DNA of 64,000 nucleotides from Eledone cirrhosa (Eukaryota): positions 24,924,001 to 24,988,000 of the forward strand of contig OZ024749.1 of NCBI GenBank assembly GCA_964016885.1, given 5' to 3'. The notes under the pieces were generated by a model. The model had not been told where the DNA came from. It saw only the letters and a list, made by a program, of their open reading frames with translations, and made no database searches. Shown piece by piece: positions 52,711 to 64,000 of this stretch (its first letter is position 1; the number at the start of each line of letters is the position of its first letter). The translations under genes were made by a program, and so were the position numbers.

Positions 52711-53672
52711 TCGAGTGATGTTACTCCAAACACCCTTCGGGGAATCCCATGTGTCTAATACTTCTAGCAAACCAATTCGTCATATACAGGTTTATTTGTT
52801 GGCTTCTACTAGCAGCAACATAAACTTATGTTTGCGCTACTCCGTGTTTACCGAATCAGGATATCAATGTAGTTTCTTAATGATTTGTTTTATTTTTTTT
52901 TCCTTGTCTGATAATTCCCTATTGGCATGATCAATCTACCCCATTCTCCGATGCTGATTCACTGCTGAAAACTAATTTATTTCCCGTATGCAATCGTATG
53001 TTCAAACGTAACTGAATTGTTGATTTTATTTGCCCTCAACAGCATTTGTGTTAGGGCAGCAAGCCAAATGGTCAAACACCACCATATTCGACACCTGGCA
53101 ATAAATCACCAATCAATACAACGTATTCATGATGAGAATTTGATCATTCGTCGGTTCTCGCGACGACTGATTGAAATTGTTTCGTAAAGTGATACAGCCT
53201 GCTCTGAAATTAACGTGGAATTATTCCACAGACAGTCGTATCATTAGGCAGATTCGGCGAAAAGACTCCTTCAATTTTAAGTAAACAAAGTAATTTTTTG
53301 CCACTTGTATATATATATTTATATACATATATATATATATAAATGAAAGGTATAGAAAGTATTGTAGCAAGGAGCCAACAGTATTCCATAATATACATAT
53401 ATATATATATTCAGTATTTTTTTTCTTTTTCTTCCCTCTTCCCTTCTATTACTATTTTCTTTTCTGTCTCTTTCCCTTTTTTTCCTAATAACTTCCGTGA
53501 TATCTTGTCTTTAATATGTTGAAATGTCCAAGACCCCCAACAGACAACTGATGAATGAAAATTTTCTCCCGTTCTTGCTGTCCTCTTTTTATAAGTACAC
53601 CTTATTATCCAACAACTAGACAGCCCGTTTAATCTTATATTTATATATATACATATACGTATATATAAATTA

Positions 53673-53720
<48 letters not shown>

Positions 53721-54069
53721 TGTGTGAGATTTATATATATGCATCTATATATATATATCGGAATCCACCTGGTTGCGATGGGTTTGATAACGTTGTTAGA
53801 ACTCTACGTATCCTATGAGGACGACCGAATGAACGGAGTTTTCGAGACGAGAATTAGGGACTGCCTTAACCACTAAATATCATACTAGTCGATACATCGG
53901 CCTCCATCGATCAATCGACCCTCAGAAACGATTGCAAAACAATGAACTATCTACCTACATCTGACTTCTGATTTTATCATTCAAACACACAGAGACATAC
54001 ACGCACGGACGCGCACGCATACACACGTACACACACACGTATATATACATATACACATATATATATATG

Positions 54070-54182
<113 letters not shown>

Positions 54183-54326
54183 AGGTTTGTATCTGTACTC
54201 ATCATTGCTGGTATTTCTGTTGTTTAAGTCACTACCTTTCCTGAAATTGTATGTTGCTGTTCTTCATGTTACCGTCCTTCTACTATATATACATACATAA
54301 AAACATACACACATGCATACATATAT

Positions 54327-54515
54327 ACATGATAGCTTCCCCCTCGCTATCGAGTATGCCCATTGCACGCTATACCATTATTAATAATTATTAATTAATT
54401 CTATCGTGCAATGCCTGGGCCTGAATATATTTTTTAAAGTGAGGGAAAACTGTGCAATGAGCCAATCCCACTCTCTGAGTGACAGTAGCTACAACCTGAA
54501 AAGAAGAAAAGATCA
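54327..54515 (+). repeat. ~180-bp (ACAT)n-associated repeat, copy 2
   Basis: Homolog of 5055-5238; runs into (ATAC)n. Confidence 0.75.
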
Positions 54516-54565
54516 TACATACATACATACATACATACATACATACATACATACATACATACATA

Positions 54566-55108
54566 GAACCATCTGGAGCGCACTTAGGAAAATAAAATTG
54601 AAACAAATTAGAAGGAATATGTTGAGATTGATGGCACTAAAGTATACTGGTGCAACCTGAAAATAAAAACTGCCACCAAATTAAAGCGCAACCAGCCTGA
54701 TATTGTTGTTTGGGACCACACATTGAAAACGTGCTCTGTTGTAGAGATCAACTGCCCACTTGATGTCAACGTTGTAAGAACATGCAAGAGAAGGAGGTCG
54801 CCTATGGACCATTAATGAGGAGTTTGCAGATCCAGTATCCATGATAACCTTTCAGCTTCATACCCATCATTATTGGAGCTACAGGTTATATACCAACCCG
54901 CTTGGATCAAAGTATAACTGAACTTGGATTTGTGGACAAACAGCTCAACTTCTTAATTCATAGACTACAAATGGCTGCGATAGCTGGCACCTTCAAAATT
55001 TGCAAAACTTTTTTGCGTTTCAACGGATGGCAATTTCTTTTCTCTTACAACCTTGCCACCAGGAAGATGGCCAGTCGAAAATGTACTCCAAATTAAGAGA
55101 AAGAGCAA
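54566..55108 (+). mobile_element. 3' fragment of an R4-like RLE non-LTR retrotransposon inside (ATAC)n
   Basis: NQPDIVVWD...CSVVEINCPLD...K...YGPL...IPIIIGATG...LQMAAIAGTFKICKTFL; (ATAC)n both sides. Confidence 0.8.
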
Positions 55109-55136
55109 CATACATGCATACATGCATCATACATAC

Positions 55137-55167
<31 letters not shown>

Positions 55168-56391
55168 CATACATACATACATACATACATACATACATAC
55201 ACACACACATACACACATACATACATACATACATACATACATACATACATACATACATACATACATACATACATGCATACATACATACATAAGTAGATAC
55301 CTGCACACATAGTGACTCCCAAACGAGTAATTCAAGACTTATTGTTGTTAGTAAAACTCAATAGATAACACGATTTTAATGTTGAAGTATATTGTTTCAA
55401 CGCACAGTTCACACATTTTACAGAGAAATATTTTAATGCAGTTTTAAATGGCGTTTAATCAAAATATAAATCTAGAAATGTTGCCATTAATGTCATTATC
55501 TTAAGAGCAGAATCTTTGCCAGTTTCTTGCCCCCGGGAGAATTATTCTAGCAGATCTAGAATACTCTTGTGTTTTGTGTTTCTGCATAGCTTCCATTTTA
55601 TGTTTGTTTGTTTTTTTTATTTTTTTTTTATTTTTGTTTGTTTGTTTTGTTTTCTTTAAGTTTTCTGTTTCTGCTTTATAGTATTTCTTCTAATCTGTTT
55701 TATTATGTGTTTTGTTTGTTAATATTTCTGAAATGAAACTAAAAATAAAATAAAATGAAAATAAAATATAATCTATGATAAGTTTGAATTGAGGATAATT
55801 TTCGATAATTTTTCCTTTTCTTCGGGGCTTAATCTTATTATCGACAAATTCAGTTGAGGTTGAATGTCACATGAAATAAAATTAGAAAGAATCAGTGAAG
55901 GTGCTTTTTTAGGTCAAAAGCGTAAAAAAATACACACACATACATATTTTATTTTATTCACAATTTAAAATACTATATAATATTAACACTCTTATTATCT
56001 CTACCATTATCATCATGACCATGATCATCATCATATATATTATTATTATTATTATTATTACTAATGTTGCTGTTGTTGTTGGTGGCGGTGGTGGTGGTAG
56101 TGTTTTTATTCCTATTATTATATATTGCTTTCTTTTCTATGCTTATCATTATGATTTATTTTATTTTATTTTAATATATTTTAATTTTCGTTTCGTTATT
56201 TTTATTATTGGTATAAATTTTTTTCAAAACTGAAATGTAAAATTAATGTTACTGCTTCTGTCGATTAAGATGTCGTATAAAATAATAATTGTCCCTGTGA
56301 AAATTAGTCGTGTCACATGTATGTCGATTAATGAAGCTACATAAAATATAGGCAGCGTTTGTAAATATATGTGAGATATAGCTCTATTTTA

Positions 56392-56560
56392 GCGGCGGAT
56401 AGGGAGAATTGTTAGAACGTCTGATACAATGCTTTTTAATACTTGTTCTGGCTCTCTGCTCTCGGAGTTCAAATACCACGAAGGTCAATTTTGCCTTCCA
56501 TCATTTAAGGATGTTTAAAAATAAATACATATCTCGTATTGAGATCGATTCTTCCTCTTT
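56392..56560 (+). mobile_element. Old, degenerate SINE related to the dominant family
   Basis: GAGTTCAAATACCAC...GGTCAATTTTGCCTTCCATC. Confidence 0.65.
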
Positions 56561-56921
56561 GTCTCTTTCGTATTCTCTCTCTCTTCACTGAAGAAATTGC
56601 TGCGTTCAAACGTGGAGATGGATGTTTCATCAGGCTTAAAATAACATTAAAACACCATATGATACTGCGGTGCCCCTACCACTCCATCAGGAGTTACTTG
56701 ATCATACTTATATGTTCAATTATTGCCACTAAATATAGATATTTACGACTATGCTCTGTTTCTAAAATCCATTCCAGTTAGCATTGTGTAAGTGTGTGAC
56801 GCACGATATTCGAATACCGTAGAAGTGCAAATCATCTGCTGATAGTTTGATTATATAAATATATAAGTGTATATATACGATATATTAACAAATGGAAACT
56901 ATATTTATGAAACCATATTTA

Positions 56922-56982
56922 TTTCATTATACATATTTCAAGGACACCAACTTAAATTACGGTGTGCTTTCATCAGATACAA
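56922..56982 (-). ncRNA. Hammerhead motif (same family as 38895)
   Basis: TTGTAT-CTGATGA-AAGCACACC...GGTGTCCTT-GAAA-TATGTA-TA-ATGAAA. Confidence 0.68.
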
Positions 56983-57073
56983 TATAATATAGAGCAGTTT
57001 TATAAATAAATATTGACATACCCTTAAAGAATGCGACCATTTCTGTTAGAAGGTCCCGGATAGTCAGTATTAA

Positions 57074-57133
<60 letters not shown>

Positions 57134-57135
<2 letters not shown>

Positions 57136-57325
57136 CGAAGGAAATGTGGTAAGGAACCAGGTGGACCATAACGCACCAAAGTACTCAATACTTAGGGTAG
57201 TAGAGTGGGTAATAGGAACGAGTAGAACCCCGACGGCTGAGCTCAATCCGTTTCGACGGCTAATTCTGGACTCCAGAATTAGCCGTCGAAACGGCTGGAG
57301 CTCAGCTGTCAGGGTCCTACTCGTT

Positions 57326-57330
<5 letters not shown>
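57134..57330 (-). mobile_element. Family A hairpin element
   Basis: Tail plus ~58-bp arms centred on TGGACTCCA. Confidence 0.85.
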
Positions 57331-57413
<83 letters not shown>

Positions 57414-57493
57414 TATATACTTTTTCGGCCGAGTTTACACTCGTAAATATTCAGCACGCTTCCTCCAATCGTCCCTGTCTAGCATGACATTTT

Positions 57494-57533
<40 letters not shown>

Positions 57534-58254
57534 GCATGTATATATACATATGTGCGTGTGTGTGTGTATGGATCAAGTATGCATAACACCTTATTCAGGG
57601 TTTCTGTTAAATTTCAATGAATAAATATTTCTAAAAGAAATAATACAGTATTAGATATTTTCCCCAATCATCCTGCATACGAATCGAAAGTATTACCAAC
57701 ACGACAATGCCTTAGACTATATGATATATTGAGTACATTTTAACAACCCCAGTGGTTTCTTCATATATGTTTCTTATTTCATAATTGAAAATGTTAAATG
57801 TTGCCCTAATCATTTTTTTCTTATTCAAATAATTGTTATAGACACACGCTAATATCTACAGCGACCAAATCTATCTCTATCATTCTGAAACCTCTGACCA
57901 CTTCTTGACAGTTTGAAAATGATTTATTCACATCACAGCATGGGTAGTGTTCATAAACAATAATGTAATTGGAAAAAAATGGAGCATTTTAATATCTCAC
58001 TTATAGTGAATACACTAGGTATAATCGCACTTTTGTCCACTTATCTGGTGGTGGCGTTGGAGATGATGTTGTTGGTCCGGGTAGTAGTACTCGTGGAGAT
58101 GCTGTTACGAATGTAGTTAGGATTTCATCTAGAGGTGGACAGATCAACGTTTCTCCCAAAAAACCAACATAGGGACATTCATATATTCTATACATATTCC
58201 GTAAAGCTTGATTAACAAACTATCATACCTTAAATTGCAGTGAATTTGTTAATG

Positions 58255-58450
58255 TATGTTGAGTAGTTATAGCATTGGATTCGCAAACGAGAGGTGGTGA
58301 GTTCGATTCCCGGACCAGATGATGCGTTATGCCCTTGAGCAAGACACTTTATTTCACGTTGCTCCTTCTACCTAGAGTTGCGACAGATAGATAGTATTAG
58401 CAACTGGAAAGATCAATGGAAGCATTGTTTCCTCGGTCCGATTTGACAAA
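58255..58450 (+). mobile_element. tRNA-derived CORE-like SINE (second family)
   Basis: B-box GAGTTCGATTCCC followed by CORE-like TGCCCTTGAGCAAGACACTT. Confidence 0.7.
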
Positions 58451-58503
58451 AGTCGATCGACTGTCGATATATATGTTTATATATCTGTGTGTGTGTGTTT
58501 GTG

Positions 58504-58537
<34 letters not shown>

Positions 58538-58539
<2 letters not shown>

Positions 58540-58710
58540 CGAAGGAAATGTGGTAAGGAACCAGGTGGACCATGACGCACCAAAGTACTCAATACGTAGG
58601 GTAGTAGAGTGGGTAATAGGAACAAGTAAGACTCCGACGGCTGAGCTCAAGCCGTTTCGACGGCTAATTCCCAGCTTGGGCTCAGCCATCAGGGTCTTAC
58701 TTGTTCCTAT
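58538..58710 (-). mobile_element. Family A hairpin element
   Basis: Tail plus ~37-bp arms, 21-nt loop. Confidence 0.85.
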
Positions 58711-58976
58711 ATATATATATATATATATATATATGAATTTGTTTTGCAAGGTTTTTGATACGATATCGTGTGTCGAAACAAATATCGTTATACTTGGGGA
58801 GGGTCATATTGTTGTAATAATATTCCCAGAACTAATGACAGAACACGCTCACTGTTTGGTTGGTTTTCGCTTCTGTATCTTTCATATCTCCATGGTTAAT
58901 CTGTTTGGTAATCAAAGTGTATCATTGATTGACCAGCGGTTAAAAATACTGATATAAATAAATATATATATAGTTT

Positions 58977-59018
58977 ATCAAAGTTCTTTCGTTGCACATC
59001 TGCAACATCATCAGTGGT
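58977..59018 (-). ncRNA. Hammerhead ribozyme (Nematis-like pLTR type)
   Basis: ACCA-CTGATGA-T-GTTGCA GATG TGCAAC-GAAA-GAAC-TT-TGAT. Confidence 0.75.
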
Positions 59019-59052
59019 ACTGTGAAGAAATAAATAAATAAATAAATAAATA

Positions 59053-59124
<72 letters not shown>

Positions 59125-59191
59125 AAATAAAAATGGCATTACAATACAATATAATACAATACAATACGATAGGAGGGAACATAATAATAGT

Positions 59192-59233
59192 ACCACTGAT
59201 GATGTTGCAGATGTCCAATGAAAGACCTTTGAT
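59192..59233 (+). ncRNA. Hammerhead motif, inverted partner of 58977-59018
   Basis: ACCA-CTGATGA-T-GTTGCAGATGTCCAAT-GAAA-GACC-TT-TGAT. Confidence 0.65.
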
Positions 59234-59241
59234 AGACTATA

Positions 59242-59296
<55 letters not shown>

Positions 59297-59367
59297 ATAC
59301 TTGGGGACAATATTTGTTTCGACACACGATTTCATATAAAAAACCTCGCTAAACTAATTCATCGCCG

Positions 59368-59407
<40 letters not shown>

Positions 59408-59623
59408 TTTAGACTTTATTTTATCATGAGTTAAGGCTCTATTGATTTTTCCCTGGATTTCACTAAATTATGTGGATGAATTTATATCCTGATTCTCTTT
59501 GAGATGAGTTTGAATTATTTTTCCCACATCTTACGTTAACTATTTTTCCCATTTTGAAGCTATAGTCGCTTATATATTATGGAATACTGTTAGCTTCTCG
59601 CTACAACAATTTCTATACCTTTC

Positions 59624-59659
<36 letters not shown>

Positions 59660-60135
59660 ATTTTAAATTGTTGGTCAATCAATGATAAACGTTGGTTGAA
59701 AACTAGATTAACTATGGTGATATAAAAGATACAGAAGCGAAAATCAACCGAACAGTGAGTATGGTCTGTTATTATTTCTGGCAATATTATTACAACAATA
59801 TGACCTAAGTATAACAAAATATATATATATATATATATATATATGTGCGTGTGTAACAAGTTCCCAAAATGTCCACTAATTGCATAACTAATATTATAGA
59901 GTTTGTTGTAATATTACATGTTAAATGTTATGTGTTTAATAATAATGATAATACGACTATAATGTGAGCTGTCATTTGTCAAGAATTATCGTTTATTGAC
60001 GTATTGCTAATCATTAGAATTTACTCTAAATATATTTCATTTAATCTTTGTCTACATAATAGAACATTATGATAGAAATCTATGAAAAACGTTTATAGTA
60101 AACTCTAAATGGCAATAGCTGTGACGATAGTTACA

Positions 60136-60172
<37 letters not shown>

Positions 60173-60305
60173 TGATGCATAGACAGTTATATGGGCATAT
60201 AATATTGATTATGTGTATATATATATATACAAAATACACGAATTGATGTATGACATACCTCTTCCAGTATATATATATATATATATATATATAAATATAT
60301 ATGTG

Positions 60306-60340
<35 letters not shown>

Positions 60341-60359
60341 GTATGTGTGTGTGTATGTG

Positions 60360-60412
<53 letters not shown>

Positions 60413-60495
60413 GGTAAACGGAAATAGCAACACACTCGGTACAGTATATGGAAGGGATATATTAGGTTAACGCTTCATAAAGAAGGAAGAGGGTG

Positions 60496-60527
60496 TTAAC
60501 GTTTCGGACGCCTCTCCATCATCAGAA
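60496..60527 (-). ncRNA. Minimal hammerhead motif
   Basis: TT-CTGATGA-T-GGA GAGGCG TCC-GAAA-CG-TT-AA; ACGT palindrome; weak stem I. Confidence 0.65.
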
Positions 60528-61395
60528 GAAAGAATGTGAAATAAGATAGATTGAGGAGACGGGCGGGTTGGAATTGGAAAAACATATCTTTAGATAAAAA
60601 TAACAGGTCCATTCATGTTGACATCACTTGCAAAACTTTTGGTGCTGGCATTTTGTGTATGATTTGTTTTTCAGAAAAGTGGATGATCGAGCGCGTCTAC
60701 GTGAAATGAAAAGAAAAAAAACGTTTTGTAAAAAGAGATATAATCTAACCTTCCTCAGCTTCTCGGGCCTACAAACAGGACCATTAAGTTTATCGACAGT
60801 TAAATCATCCAGCTAGTAAGTGAGGTTCAGGTAGAAAAGCATATTAAATTCTAAATTATGAACAATGCCTTAAAATGTCTCACCAACATGGCAAAAGAAA
60901 CTATCTCACTTTCGTGTTCATTTTCGAACCAGATTAGATAAAAAAAACACTGTAGTATATATACATATATACTTATATATGTATATATACGACAGTGTTT
61001 TTTTTTCTCCTGATATTCCTTTTTATATATACTATATATCTTATAATATTTATATATATATTATTCCATACAGGGTATGCTATCGAACTAAATATGAATG
61101 CCAAAGTCTTTTCAAATATTATTCGTAAAACTGGATTAAAAATCTATCATATCTTTATAAGGAGAAGCGTCAAGAATCATCAGTTTTATATTTAACCAAT
61201 TCTCTGTAACCTAACATTAAAAACGAAAACACCAGTAAAACCTATAATCTTGTTAGCTCTTTTTAAAAATATCTCTTCTGCATAACATGCATTTGAATCT
61301 AATTGCCTTCTTAAACGATGTATGCTTCGTGATTTTCCGGTGTCTTCATATTGCCTAATTCAATCGTTAAAACATTGTCAGATTAAGCATCATAC

Positions 61396-61426
<31 letters not shown>

Positions 61427-61541
61427 TTTATATATATACATATATATACATATATATATACATATAGAGAGAGAGATTTATATATACTTATAAATATATA
61501 CACATATATATATATATACATATATATATACATATATATAC

Positions 61542-61598
<57 letters not shown>

Positions 61599-61695
61599 TA
61601 TATATATACATTTATATATATATACATATATATATATATACATATATATACATATATATATATATACATATAAATATACATATATATTTATATAC

Positions 61696-61794
<99 letters not shown>

Positions 61795-61810
61795 CATGTA
61801 TATATATATG

Positions 61811-61847
<37 letters not shown>

Positions 61848-61884
61848 ATATGTATGCATGTGTGTCTGTATATAAGTTTATTTG

Positions 61885-61929
<45 letters not shown>

Positions 61930-61993
61930 ACCTATATACATACATACATATACACACATACCCACACACACACATGTATGTATACATACGCAC

Positions 61994-62071
<78 letters not shown>

Positions 62072-62156
62072 ATGTATGTGTGCGTATGTATGCATACATG
62101 TGTGTGTATGTGTGTATATGTAAGTATGTATGTATGTGTATATGTCTATATGTGTG

Positions 62157-62208
<52 letters not shown>

Positions 62209-62220
62209 TATATATGTATG

Positions 62221-62261
<41 letters not shown>

Positions 62262-62290
62262 GTGTGTATATATATGTATATATGTATATA

Positions 62291-62322
<32 letters not shown>

Positions 62323-62334
62323 GAAAAAAGAATA

Positions 62335-62661
62335 AGAGATGAAATCGAAAATGCAACTGAAGTCTTATTTTTTTTTAAATATATATATTTATTTGGTTCC
62401 TTTACCGGTTTCGCAGTTCTTCTGCTTTTCAAAAGGTGAGTTGAGATCGAGGGTCTGTGGTTTTTCTCACATCCATCTCAACTCACCTTTTGAAAAGCAG
62501 AAGAACTGCAAAACCGGTAAAGGAACCAAATAAATATATATATTTAAAAAAAAAATAAAACTTCAGTTGCATTTTCGATTTCATCTCTTTTTATTTATAC
62601 TTTCACTCGTGTAGGACACCTCGGTTATTTTTCATTTTGTAAAAAAAACCTAAGTTTCTAA
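62335..62661 (+). mobile_element. HHR fold-back element (arms 62335-62447 and 62475-62589, tail to about 62661)
   Basis: ~113-bp near-perfect inverted arms between (TA)n tracts. Confidence 0.85.
62399..62436 (-). ncRNA. Hammerhead ribozyme with U3-A8 variant core
   Basis: CCTT-TTGAAAA-GCAG AAGAA CTGC-GAAA-CCGG-TA-AAGG; all stems pair; the plus-strand twin at 62486-62523 has GAAA>AAAA. Confidence 0.72.
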
Positions 62662-62704
62662 TATATATATATATATATATATTATATAAATAGATATATG
62701 TATG

Positions 62705-62763
<59 letters not shown>

Positions 62764-62814
62764 GTGTGTGTGTATGTATATATGTGTGTGCGTGTGTGTG
62801 TATATATATATTTG

Positions 62815-62845
<31 letters not shown>

Positions 62846-62876
62846 GTATGTGTATATATATGTATATATGTGTATG

Positions 62877-62939
<63 letters not shown>

Positions 62940-62962
62940 ATATGTGTGTATATCTATATATG

Positions 62963-63021
<59 letters not shown>

Positions 63022-63174
63022 TTACATATATATGTGTGTACGTGTGTGTGGGTGTATATGTATATATATACATGTGTGTATATATATGTATGTGTGTGTA
63101 TATATGTATATATATGTATTTATATGTATATATATATATATATATATATGTGTATATATGTATGTGTGTATGTA

Positions 63175-63221
<47 letters not shown>

Positions 63222-63944
63222 ATATATATATATATATATGTATATGTATGCATATATTTATATATGTGTGTGTGTATATATATATGTGTATATGTGTATG
63301 TGGGTGTGTCTATGAGTTCGCGCTAGTGTGTGAGTGAGTGCATTTTTTGAATGTGTCTGTTGATTTGGCATACAGTTGAATAGTTTAAGAGAAATTTGAG
63401 GACAATTGTAAGATATGCACTCAATATTTTGAATTTGTCTACAGAATTCTCTAAACCTTTGTCACTTAGTAAAGAATTTAGCTTTTAAAGAATCTCCCTT
63501 TCCCTTAAATCTATCACCATGCCTGACCCCCACTGATTTTATAGACCCTGTTAGCTTAAGAGAAACTTAATAATAAGGATTGGCATGCCATCCTGAACCT
63601 GTTTATAGAATTCTTCTTGCCTTTGTTACTCTAAAAATAAAAATAAACTATAGCTTTGTAGAATTAGCTTTTAAAGAATTCTATCAACCAATGACCTACA
63701 CCCCTACCACTCTCCACCCTCTCCTACCACTCGTAGAGACCTATATACACCATACTTATTTTTTTGATACCCAGATTCCTGATGATTTCTAAAGAATGAA
63801 ACAGTTCTAGTCCTGTAGAATCTCTTCTACATAAAAACTATATATATATACATATATATACATATATATATATACACACATATATATATATATATATACA
63901 TATATATATACATATATGTATATATATATATATGTGTGTATATA

Positions 63945-63982
<38 letters not shown>

Positions 63983-64000
63983 TATAGATGTATATATATA

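Noticed and set aside
53548-53580. CTGATGA...GAAA near 53548
   Set aside because: No stem II or valid stem III/UH geometry
56586-56616. CTGAAGA...CAAACGT possible HHR
   Set aside because: GAAA mutated, poor stems and G at the cleavage position; too decayed to call
58261-58315. tRNA-like sequence with B-box
   Set aside because: No complete cloverleaf; continues into a CORE-like SINE body, so it is a SINE head and not a tRNA gene

Overview
Eukaryotic, AT-rich, microsatellite-saturated intergenic or intronic DNA. An octopus-like cephalopod source is inferred from the SINE types and repeat landscape and is not verified. No host gene is convincingly present, and almost all ORF-track entries are translations of (TA)n, (CA)n or (CT)n. 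The non-microsatellite sequence is nearly all mobile DNA: two Penelope-like (PLE) RT/GIY-YIG remnants, a near-intact Tx1/L1-clade LINE plus a decayed full-length relative and four 3' fragments, two Dong/R4-like RLE LINEs and a third RLE fragment, CR1- and RTE-type fragments, an internally deleted long-TIR mariner, two hAT-like MITEs and about nine tRNA-derived SINEs. Three patterns stand out. (1) About 18 minimal hammerhead ribozyme (HHR) motifs can be read by eye, most inside short non-coding fold-back elements in (TA)n tracts that share one architecture (inverted arm + arm + single-copy 3' tail), including U3-A8 and C4 core variants. (2) Each retroelement group sits in its own microsatellite: (TA)n, (AAT)n, (GATA)n or (ATAC)n. 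(3) The dominant SINE and the Tx1 LINEs share a ~25-nt 3' terminus. All coordinates were read by eye and may be off by a few bases.
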